This document shows positions 16,247 to 23,848 of a stretch of 32,000 nt of DNA, piece by piece. The position numbers and the translations under genes were made by a program. This stretch comes from Alkalilimnicola ehrlichii MLHE-1 (GTDB lineage Bacteria; Pseudomonadota; Gammaproteobacteria; Nitrococcales; Halorhodospiraceae). The stretch is from contig NC_008340.1 of assembly GCF_000014785.1 (NCBI RefSeq), positions 1,350,001-1,382,000 of the forward strand, written 5' to 3'. The notes under the pieces were generated by a model, which was not told where the DNA came from, made no database searches, and worked only from the letters and a program-made list of their open reading frames with translations. Numbering within the stretch: position 1 is the stretch's first letter; every line of letters begins with the position of its first letter.

Positions 16247-17139
16247 GGGTGTTCCTCCGCGGGCCGCCGGGCCGGCGGCGCCGCCGGTCGGCGCAGGGTC
16301 AGGTTGAGCAGGCCGGCACCGATGACCAGGGCCATGCCCAGAAGGGTCATGGGGCCCAGCAGCTCGCCCCAGATCCACCAGCCGTAGAGCGAACCGAAGA
16401 CCACCGAGATGTAGGTGAAGGGGCCCAGGCGCCCCGACGGGGCGATGGCGAAAGCCCGGGTGAGCAGGAGCTGGGCCGATGTGGCACAGGCGCCAAGGAC
16501 CACCAACAGCACCAGCGTCTGACCCGTTGGTGTCTGCCAGACCCAGGGCAGGGGCAGGGCGGAGACCGTGGTGGCGGTCACGCCGAACCAGAAGACCACC
16601 CGGCGGCTGGATTCCTCCGGGCCCATGCGCCGGATGGTGACCTTGGCCAGCGCCGCCAGCGCGGCACCGGCCAGGCCCACTGCCCCCACCTGCAGGGCGG
16701 CGCCCTGCATGGCCCCGTTGGGTTGCAGGATGAAATAGACCCCAAGAAAGCCGACGGCGATGGCTAGGACGGTACGGCCGGACAGCGTCTCGCGCAACCA
16801 CAGCCAGGCGATCAGGGGTAGAAAGAAGGGGGCGGAGAGCTTTACCAGCAGCGCCTCCGCCAGCGGCATATGGGCGATGGTCCAGAAAAAGCAGTACATG
16901 GCGCCCACGCCGGCCAGGCCGCGCAGCAGATGCAGGTGCGGCACGCGGGTGGCCAGCCCCCGGCGCCCGCCCCGGACCAGCAGCGGCAGCAACAGCAGCA
17001 ACCCGAACAGGTTGCGGAAGAAGACGAGCATCTCGCTGGGCAGTTCCGCCGACGCCGCCTTGATGGTCGCCGCCATGGTCGCCAGCAGTAACTCGGCGAT
17101 GATGATTAGGGTTGCCCCCCGGCGGACGGCATCACTCAT
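16243..17139 (-). CDS. EamA/DMT-superfamily transporter
   Basis: About ten hydrophobic segments, duplicated EamA pattern (SEMLVFFRNLFGLLLLLPLL, PLAEALLVKLSAPFFLPLIAWLWLRE, FTYISVVFGSLYGWWIWGE); 4-nt overlap with the RLP start. Confidence 0.92.
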   Translation of the reverse strand: MSDAVRRGATLIIIAELLLATMAATIKAASAELPSEMLVFFRNLFGLLLLLPLLVRGGRRGLATRVPHLHLLRGLAGVGAMYCFFWTIAHMPLAEALLVKLSAPFFLPLIAWLWLRETLSGRTVLAIAVGFLGVYFILQPNGAMQGAALQVGAVGLAGAALAALAKVTIRRMGPEESSRRVVFWFGVTATTVSALPLPWVWQTPTGQTLVLLVVLGACATSAQLLLTRAFAIAPSGRLGPFTYISVVFGSLYGWWIWGELLGPMTLLGMALVIGAGLLNLTLRRPAAPPARRPAEEHP

Positions 17140-18229
17140 TGTGGGGCGACAGGGGCACTTTCTCGGCCAGGGCGCAGGTGTTGCCCCCGGAGTGCTTGGC
17201 CAACTGCAGCGCCGCGTCGGCCGCGGCCATCAGATCGTCGCTGCTATCGGCGTGCTCCGGGTAGCCGGCCACGCCCATGGACACGGTCATCGCCGGCAGG
17301 TGCAGGCCGCGCAGGTGCACTCGGACCTTGGCCAGTTCCCGCCGCAGATCGTTGGCCCGTTCGATCGCATCACGGATGGCGGCCTCGGGCAGCACCAGAA
17401 GGAAGCGCTGGCCGGCGGCCCGGGCACAGATGTCCGAGCCGCGGAAGGAATGCTGCAGCAGGTCACTCATGGCCTGGAGCATGCGGTCACCGGCGTTCTG
17501 GCCATGCCGCTGGTTGTAGGCCTCGAAGCGATCCAGGTCAATCAGCACCACCGATAGCGGAAGCTGGTGGCGTTGGGCCCGATGCAGTTCGCGCTCCAGG
17601 GTGTCCTCCGCGTAACGGCGGTTGAACAGTCCGGTGAGCGGGTCACGGACGTTGCGATGGCGCAGGCGGTAGCGGAGGGTGTGGGTGGCCAGGGCCAGCC
17701 CGGCGGCCGAGGCCAGCATCTGCAGGGTCTGTTGTTCGCGTGCACGCAGCGCCCGGCCAGGGCTCAGGGGGCGGAGCTCCACGACCCCAAGGTAGAGGCC
17801 TTGGGCCTCGATGTTGAGTCGGTGTGCTGCCTGGTCCTCGGTGCACTCGTAATGAAGCGCATTGGGGTCGGTGAGCAGTTCGGCACCGCGCCAGGCGGCG
17901 ATCGCCCGGTTCGCGGGTTCTACGCCGGCCTGGTCGACAAAAATGGCCCCCGTGGTATCGGGCAGCAGCTCCGCCGCACAACGCGCCAGCAGTTGTGCGG
18001 CGTCGCCCTGGCTCAGGCTCTCGGTGAGACTGCCCAGCAGGGCGTGGAAGGCCTCGAGCACGTGGCCGAGCGCCGGGTCGGTGTCGGCAGCCCACCCTGC
18101 GCTGTCCCCGGTCAGCCCTTGGAGCTGGCGTTCCAGACTCGCCTGTTGGTCGTCCAGTTGCCGGACGAGCTGCCGCTGGGCCCTGAGGGCCTGGTTGATG
18201 GCCTCGAGCTTGCTCTGATCTGTCGTCAT
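17132..18229 (-). CDS. GAF-like/GGDEF domain protein with degenerate active-site motif
   Basis: RDPLTGLFNRRYAEDTLERELHRAQRHQLPLSVVLIDLDRFEAYN...GDRMLQAMSDLL...DICARAAGQRFLLVLPEA; the GG(D/E)EF position reads AGQRF. Confidence 0.92.
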   Translation of the reverse strand: MTTDQSKLEAINQALRAQRQLVRQLDDQQASLERQLQGLTGDSAGWAADTDPALGHVLEAFHALLGSLTESLSQGDAAQLLARCAAELLPDTTGAIFVDQAGVEPANRAIAAWRGAELLTDPNALHYECTEDQAAHRLNIEAQGLYLGVVELRPLSPGRALRAREQQTLQMLASAAGLALATHTLRYRLRHRNVRDPLTGLFNRRYAEDTLERELHRAQRHQLPLSVVLIDLDRFEAYNQRHGQNAGDRMLQAMSDLLQHSFRGSDICARAAGQRFLLVLPEAAIRDAIERANDLRRELAKVRVHLRGLHLPAMTVSMGVAGYPEHADSSDDLMAAADAALQLAKHSGGNTCALAEKVPLSPHNE

Positions 18230-18531
18230 GGCTTGTGGCTGTCCTGGTCCCGGGGCGGGCGGCCCGGGGCGTTTGCAGTCGGGTCAACGCCCGGCGGTGC
18301 CTTGCCACCGAGCAGCCGTACCAGCCGGGCACCGGTCTCCGGGTGGCGGCGGGCGAGCCGCGCGAGCACGAGTAGGGGTGAGCCGATGGCGAATACGGCA
18401 AGCAGTATGAAGCCGATCAGTTTAAGCCATGGAGGGAACAGTGGCCATAACCAGGTCACCAGTGCGTAGAGCAGGGCTATATACGCCACGGTGAACAGGG
18501 CGGCCAGAATGAGGGCGGGCAATGTGCGCAT
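18226..18531 (-). CDS. Small two-TM membrane protein
   Basis: Start re-assigned to 18531: [70 protein letters not shown]. Confidence 0.65.
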   Translation of the reverse strand: MRTLPALILAALFTVAYIALLYALVTWLWPLFPPWLKLIGFILLAVFAIGSPLLVLARLARRHPETGARLVRLLGGKAPPGVDPTANAPGRPPRDQDSHKP

Positions 18532-18655
18532 GACGGCTCCGCGGGCTGTCGGGACCCGGTCGGCTGCGACCCGGGGGTCGGGCCGGGTTTCGTTCCGGGT
18601 TTCCTTACGGTGCATAATAGGCAGATTGGATGATAACAACAGCGAGGAGACCCGA

Positions 18656-19141
18656 ATGAGTGTTCCGACGACCGACCTCTGCGATGATTTCGCCGACGAG
18701 CTGCGGGTGATGAACCCGATGTTTCGGGATTTTGGCGGACGGGTGCGCTTCCACGGTCCGGTGACCACCGTGAAACTGTTCGAGGATAACTCGGCGGTGC
18801 GGGAGGCGTTGAGCGAGCCCGGCGAGGGGCGGGTGCTGGTGGTCGACGGCGGAGGCTCCATGCGGTGTGCCCTGTTGGGCGACAACCTGGCGGCCCTGGG
18901 GCAGAAGAACGGCTGGGCCGGGGTAGTGGTCTATGGGTGCGTGCGCGACAGCGCGGAGCTGGCCACGATCGATCTGGGTGTGAAGGCGCTCAACGTGCAC
19001 CCGCTGAAGAGTGTCAAAAAGGGCATCGGCGAGCGCGATGTCACCGTCACCTTCGCCGGGATCACGATTCAGGCCGGCGACTGGCTGTACGCCGACGAGG
19101 ACGGCATTGTCGTGGCCCGCAACAGCCTGGTGCAGGCCTGA
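18656..19141 (+). CDS. rraA: RraA family protein (ribonuclease E activity regulator-like)
   Basis: Start ATG 18656 ([46 protein letters not shown]); [28 protein letters not shown]; [12 protein letters not shown]. Confidence 0.94.
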   Translation: MSVPTTDLCDDFADELRVMNPMFRDFGGRVRFHGPVTTVKLFEDNSAVREALSEPGEGRVLVVDGGGSMRCALLGDNLAALGQKNGWAGVVVYGCVRDSAELATIDLGVKALNVHPLKSVKKGIGERDVTVTFAGITIQAGDWLYADEDGIVVARNSLVQA

Positions 19142-19165
19142 GCGGCGCCGCCGGAGACGCCTGTC

Positions 19166-19576
19166 ATGGGTCACCGGGACGACCAACCGACAGCAAAGGT
19201 CCGGCTCGACCGCTGGCTGTGGGCGGCGCGTTTTTTCAAGACGCGCCGTCTGGCCGTCGAGGCGATCAAGGGCGGCAAGGTCGAGGTGGATGGCGTGAAC
19301 GCCAAGCCGGCACGGGAGGTCGGTGCCGGTAACCGGGTGCGGGTGCGCAAGGGCGCGATCACCTTCGAGGTGGTGGTCCGCGATGTCGCCAACCAGCGCG
19401 GTCCGGCAAAGGTAGCGCAGCAGCTCTACGAGGAGACGCCGGAGAGTGTGGCCGCGCGGGAGAAGGTGCGGGAGCAGCAGCGCATGAACGCGGCCTTCGT
19501 GCCCCGCCCGGACCATCGCCCGGACAAGCGCAGCCGCCGGCAGCTGGCCCGGGTGAAGCGGGGCGGCGGGGAGTAG
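19166..19576 (+). CDS. hslR: S4-domain heat-shock protein 15
   Basis: VRLDRWLWAARFFKTRRLAVEAIKGGKVEVDGVNAKPAREVGAGNRVRVRKG...RPDKRSRRQLARVKR. Confidence 0.93.
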   Translation: MGHRDDQPTAKVRLDRWLWAARFFKTRRLAVEAIKGGKVEVDGVNAKPAREVGAGNRVRVRKGAITFEVVVRDVANQRGPAKVAQQLYEETPESVAAREKVREQQRMNAAFVPRPDHRPDKRSRRQLARVKRGGGE

Positions 19577-19668
19577 GCCGCGCTCGGGGGGCGGAGGTGT
19601 GTCCCCGCGCCAGGCCTGCTAGAATGCGCGGCCCGCCTGTTCGCAAGCCATTCACGGTCCGAGTACGT

Positions 19669-19980
19669 ATGTCCGATCAGCTCCCACCCGATAGCAGTCT
19701 CTACGATATTGCCGCCGCCAACGTGGTGGATATGGGCAACCGGCTGATGGAACAGCATGAGGATGCCGATGCCTGGGAAGCGGCCTCGGGGATGCTGGCC
19801 GGGGCGATCCACTATTGGCTGTACGCCCGCCAGCCGTGCGGCGATCCGACCTGCGCCGATTGTGCCGATATGAGTTCGGCGGAGGAGCGACTGCGCCACC
19901 TGCTTGACGAGGTGCGCGAGTCAGCCCGCGGGAGCGATTACTACCACTCGCCGCACGACCACAACGTGGGCAACGCCTGA
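19669..19980 (+). CDS. Conserved-looking small protein with a cysteine cluster
   Basis: MSDQLPPDSSLYDIAAANVVDMGNRLMEQHEDADAWEAASGMLAGAIHYWLYARQPCGDPTCADCADMSSAEERLRHLLDEVRESARGSDYYHSPHDHNVGNA; start at ATG 19669. Confidence 0.65.
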   Translation: MSDQLPPDSSLYDIAAANVVDMGNRLMEQHEDADAWEAASGMLAGAIHYWLYARQPCGDPTCADCADMSSAEERLRHLLDEVRESARGSDYYHSPHDHNVGNA

Positions 19981-19988
19981 CCACCGCC

Positions 19989-20608
19989 CCCGCCATTGCG
20001 AGGGTCCGCCCCCGCCATTGCGAGGGTCGAAGGCTTTCCCCCGTCATCGCGAGGGCCAAAGGCCCCCTCCCCGTCATCGCGAGGGCCGGAGGCCCGTGGC
20101 GATCCAGAGGGGTAGACTGCCGCGTCGCTTCGCTCCTCGCAGTGACGGGGTGGCCCCTCTCCCCGTCATCGCGAGGGCCGGAGGCCCGTGGCGATCCAGG
20201 GCGGTAGACTGCCGCGTCGCTTCGCTCCTCGCAGTGACGGGGTGGCCCCTCCCCGTCACTGCGAGGGCCGGAGGCCCGTGGCGATCCAGAGGGGTAGACT
20301 GCCGCGTCGGCTTCGCCTCCTCGCAGTGACGGGGTGGCCCCTCTCCCCGTCATCGCGAGGGCCGGAGGCCCGTGGCGATCCAGAGGGGTAGACTGCCGCG
20401 TCGGCTTCGCCTCCTCGCAGTGACGGGGTGCCCCCTCCCCGTCATCGCGAGGGCCGAAGGCCCGTGGCGATCCAGGGCGGTAGACTGCCGCGTCGGCTTC
20501 GCCTCCTCGCAGTGACGGGGTGGCCCCTCCCCGTCATCGCGAGGGCCGGAGGCCCGTGGCGATCCAGAGGGGTAGACTGCCGCGTCGCTTCGCTCCTCGC
20601 AGTGACGG
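19989..20608. repeat. Tandem array of palindromic (BIME/MITE-like) repeats: six full units plus decayed partial units at the left edge
   Basis: Full units at 20071-20148, 20163-20240, 20253-20332, 20347-20426, 20439-20518, 20531-20608 (78 or 80 bp; period 90-94 bp). Consensus CCGTCATCGCGAGGGCCGGAGGCCCGTGGCGATCCAGAGGGGTAGACTGCCGCGTCG(G)CTTCGC(C)TCCTCGCAGTGACGG, separated by 12-14 bp GGTGGCCCCTC(TC)C. Partial units begin near 19991, 20012 and 20041. Confidence 0.97.
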
Positions 20609-20676
20609 TGGGGGTGGGTCCGCGCTTGCAGCGGCGGGGTGACGGGGCGTCGTTGCCGTCGTCGCAGCCCAGGGCG

Positions 20677-23600
20677 TCAGTGGAAATCCCGCGAACGGAC
20701 GTCCAACGCCCCGAGCCAGTCGCTCCAGTCCTCCAGCCGTCCGGCCACCAGGTGGGTGACCGCCCCCTTGCGCTCCCAGATGCCGCTGACCATCAGCAGC
20801 CGGGCCGCCAGCAGGGTGCGGCGCTGGGCCTCGGCGGTGGCCTTCCAGACCACCAGGTTGATCTGCCCGGTCTCGTCCTCCAGTGTCAGGAAGGTGACGC
20901 CGCCGGCAGAGCCGGGGCGTTGGCGGTTGATGACCAACCCGGCGGTGCGGACCAGGCGGCCGTGGCCGGTGCTGGCCAGATCGGCAGCGGTCAGCAGCCG
21001 GCGGCGTCGCAACTGCGGGCGGAGCAGGGCCAGGGGGTGGCGGCCCAGGGTGAAGCCCAGGCTGGTGTAGTCGGCCACCAGGTCCTCGCCCTCGGCGGGG
21101 GCGTCCAGCGCCGGCGCCGCCTCCTCGATGTGCAGATCCTCAAACACCGGCAGGCCGGCTTCGGCGCCCAGCACCTGCCACCAGGCCGCGCGGCGGTGAC
21201 CGGCCAGGCCGCGCAGGGCGCCGGCGTGGGCCAGGGTCTCCAGATCCCGGCGGTGCAGGGCGGCGCGGCGGGCCATCTCCTGCACGTCGCGGAAGGGGCG
21301 CCGGCCGCGGGCGGCGATCAGCCGGTCCGCCGCCCGGCGGTTGAGGCCCCGCACCAGGCGCAGGCCCAGGCGCAGGGCCGGTTCGCCGTCGCCGCGGTGC
21401 TCCGGGCTGCAGTCCCAGTCGCTGTGGCGCACGTCCACCGGGCGGATCTCCACCCCGTGGCGTTCGGCGTCCCGCAGTAACTGGGCCGGGGCGTAGAAGC
21501 CCATGGGCTGGCTGTTGAGCAGCGCGCAGGTGAAGAGGGCCGGCTCATGGCACTTGAGCCAGGCGGAGACGTAGACCAGCAGGGCGAAGCTGGCGGCGTG
21601 GGACTCCGGGAAGCCGTACTCGCCGAAGCCCTGGATCTGCCGGAAGAGCCGCTCGGCGTAGTCCTCGCAGTAACCATTGCGGCGCATGCCCTTGAGCAGC
21701 TTGTCCCGGAAGGGGCCCAGCCCGCCCTTGCGCTTCCAGGCGGCCATGGCCCGGCGCAGGGCGTCCGCCTCGCCGGGGGTGAAGCCCGCCGCCACCACCG
21801 CCAACTGCATTACCTGTTCCTGGAAGATGGGCACGCCCAGGGTGCGCGCCAGCACCCCGCGCACGGCTTCGCTGGGGTAATCCACCGGCTCCAGGCCCTC
21901 CCGGCGGCGCAGATAGGGGTGGACCATGTCCCCCTGGATGGGGCCGGGACGGACGATGGCCACCTCGATCACCAGGTCGTAGAAGGTCTGCGGCCGCAGC
22001 CGGGGCAGCATGGCCATCTGGGCGCGGGACTCGATCTGGAACACGCCCATGGTGTCGGCGTCGCTGATCATGCGGTAGACCGCCGGGTCCTCCGCCGGCA
22101 CGTCGGCCAGGGTAAGCCGGCGACCGCGGAACCCGGCCAGCAGGTCGAAGGCGCGGCGGATGCAACTGAGCATGCCCAGGGCCAGCACGTCCACCTTGAG
22201 CAGGCCCAGGGCCTCCAGGTCGTCCTTGTCCCACTGGATGATGGTGCGCCCGGCCATGGCGGCGTTCTCGGTGGGTACCAGCTCGCTGATGGGGCCCTCC
22301 GAGATCACGAACCCCCCCACGTGCTGGGAGAGGTGGCGGGGCAGACCCAGCAGTTGCCCGGCGATGGCCACGGTGCGGGCCAGGCGCGGGTCGTCCGGGT
22401 TCAGGCCGGCCTCGCGCAGCCGCTCCGGGTCCACCCGCTTGCCGTCCCACCACTGGATGCTTCCGGCCAGCCGGTCGATGGTCGCGGCGTCCAGCCCCAG
22501 GGCGCGGCCGGCGTCGCGCAGGGCGCTGCGCGGGCGGTAGCGGATTACCGTGGCGGCCAGGGCGGCGCGGTGGCGGCCGTACTTGCGGTAGATGTACTGG
22601 ATGACCTCCTCACGCCGTTCGTGCTCGAAGTCCACGTCGATGTCCGGCGGCTCACCCCGCTCCTTGGAGATGAAGCGCTCGAAGAGCAGCGACTGGCGGG
22701 CCGGGTCCACCGCGGTGATCCCCAGGCAGAAACAGACCGCCGAGTTGGCCGAGGAGCCCCGGCCCTGGCAGAGGATGCCCCGGCGCCGGGCGAAGGCGAC
22801 CACATCGTGCACGGTGAGAAAGAAGGGTTCGTAACCCATCTCGGCAATCAGGGCCAGTTCGTGGTCCACCTGGTGGGCGACCTTGTCGGGCATGCCTTGG
22901 GGCCAGTGGCGGCGGGCGCCCTCCAGGGTGAGCCGGCGCAGATAGCTGGCGGGGGTCTCGCCGGCGGGCACCAGCTCGGCCGGGTATTCGTAGCGCAGTT
23001 TATCCAGGCTGAAGCGGCACTGGTCCGCCAGGTGCACGCTGCGGCGCAGCAGCGCTGGGGGGTAGAGCCGGGCCAGGCTGTGCAGCGACCGCAGATGGCG
23101 CTCGCCGCTGCACTCCAGCGCCGTGCCCATCGCCGCCAGGGTGCGGCGGTGGCGCAGGGCGGAGAGGGTGTCCTGCAGGGCGCGTCGGCCGCGCCGGTGC
23201 ATCAGCACGCCGCCGGCGGCCACCGCCGGGAGCCGGAAGCGATCCGCCAGGGCCAGTAGCCGCTGCAGGCGGGCCTCGTCGTCGGGGCCGTGGTGCAGGG
23301 CCACTGCCACGTGGCCCCGATCGCCGAAATGGCGGGCGAACCATCGGCCCTGTTCGGCGTCGTGCGGTGCATCGTCAGGCACCCACAGGGCCAGGCAGTG
23401 GGGCAGGGTGCCCTCCAACTGCTCCCGTTCCAGACGGTAGTCCCCCTTGCGGGCCTGACTGCGGCCCAGGCTGATAAGCGCGCAGAGTTCCGCCCAGGCC
23501 CGGCGGCAGGGGGCGAGCAAGACCAGCAGCGGGCCCTGGTGAATGCGGATCTCGCTGCCGTGGATCAGGTGCAGGTCCGTCTCTTTGGCCGCCTGGTGGG

Positions 23601-23754
23601 CGCGCACCGCCCCGGCCACCGAGCACGCGTCGGTGAGGGCCAGGGCGCGGTAGCCCAACTCGGCGGCCCGCTGCACCAGTTCCGCCGGCTGAGAGGCACC
23701 GCGCAGGAAGCTGAAGCAGGACAGGCAGTGGAGTTCGGCGTAGTCGATGGGCAT
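20677..23754 (-). CDS. dnaE2: Error-prone DNA polymerase III alpha-like subunit DnaE2
   Basis: Start re-assigned to MPIDYAELHCLSCFSFLRGASQPAELVQRAAELGYRALALTDACSVAG (PHP domain); GRGSSANSAVCFCLGITAVDP, DIDVDFEHERREEVIQYIYRKYGRHRAAL, FPESHAASFALLVYVSAWLKCHEPA, C-terminal OB fold ...GRLVRTAGLVINRQRPGSAGGVTFLTLEDETG. Confidence 0.96.
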   Translation of the reverse strand: MPIDYAELHCLSCFSFLRGASQPAELVQRAAELGYRALALTDACSVAGAVRAHQAAKETDLHLIHGSEIRIHQGPLLVLLAPCRRAWAELCALISLGRSQARKGDYRLEREQLEGTLPHCLALWVPDDAPHDAEQGRWFARHFGDRGHVAVALHHGPDDEARLQRLLALADRFRLPAVAAGGVLMHRRGRRALQDTLSALRHRRTLAAMGTALECSGERHLRSLHSLARLYPPALLRRSVHLADQCRFSLDKLRYEYPAELVPAGETPASYLRRLTLEGARRHWPQGMPDKVAHQVDHELALIAEMGYEPFFLTVHDVVAFARRRGILCQGRGSSANSAVCFCLGITAVDPARQSLLFERFISKERGEPPDIDVDFEHERREEVIQYIYRKYGRHRAALAATVIRYRPRSALRDAGRALGLDAATIDRLAGSIQWWDGKRVDPERLREAGLNPDDPRLARTVAIAGQLLGLPRHLSQHVGGFVISEGPISELVPTENAAMAGRTIIQWDKDDLEALGLLKVDVLALGMLSCIRRAFDLLAGFRGRRLTLADVPAEDPAVYRMISDADTMGVFQIESRAQMAMLPRLRPQTFYDLVIEVAIVRPGPIQGDMVHPYLRRREGLEPVDYPSEAVRGVLARTLGVPIFQEQVMQLAVVAAGFTPGEADALRRAMAAWKRKGGLGPFRDKLLKGMRRNGYCEDYAERLFRQIQGFGEYGFPESHAASFALLVYVSAWLKCHEPALFTCALLNSQPMGFYAPAQLLRDAERHGVEIRPVDVRHSDWDCSPEHRGDGEPALRLGLRLVRGLNRRAADRLIAARGRRPFRDVQEMARRAALHRRDLETLAHAGALRGLAGHRRAAWWQVLGAEAGLPVFEDLHIEEAAPALDAPAEGEDLVADYTSLGFTLGRHPLALLRPQLRRRRLLTAADLASTGHGRLVRTAGLVINRQRPGSAGGVTFLTLEDETGQINLVVWKATAEAQRRTLLAARLLMVSGIWERKGAVTHLVAGRLEDWSDWLGALDVRSRDFH

Positions 23755-23767
23755 GCGGGGTCTGGAG

Positions 23768-23783
23768 CTGTATAAATATACAG
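23768..23783 (-). promoter_or_regulatory. Candidate LexA (SOS) box upstream of dnaE2
   Basis: CTGTATAAATATACAG matches the CTGT-N8-ACAG gammaproteobacterial LexA consensus; ends 13 bp upstream of the dnaE2 start codon (23754). Confidence 0.85.
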
Positions 23784-23848
23784 TTATTGTCGCCCTCCCG
23801 GCACCGGCCGGCAACCCTGCCGGGCGGGCGGCGAATCCTGGGGGCCGG

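Noticed and set aside
15149-16801. 550-aa version of the RLP ORF and the 405-aa version of the cytochrome ORF (10587..11804) as fusion proteins
   Set aside because: The extra N-terminal residues are out-of-frame reads of the neighbouring EamA and cytochrome c' genes. Internal ATGs at 16246 and 11474 give family-like N-termini (a signal peptide for the cytochrome).
19652-20391. ORFs 19652..20353(-), 19904..20329(+), 20074..20259(-), 20188..20391(+) reading through the repeat array
   Set aside because: They translate the tandem repeat (repeated MTGRGxTPSLRGAKRR / GRRPVAIQRGRLPRR) in GC-rich DNA without stops and have no independent coding evidence.
19989-20608. CRISPR array
   Set aside because: The spaced repeats superficially suggest one, but the repeat unit is 78-80 bp, the 12-14 bp interspacers are nearly identical rather than unique, units carry terminal inverted repeats, and no cas genes are nearby.
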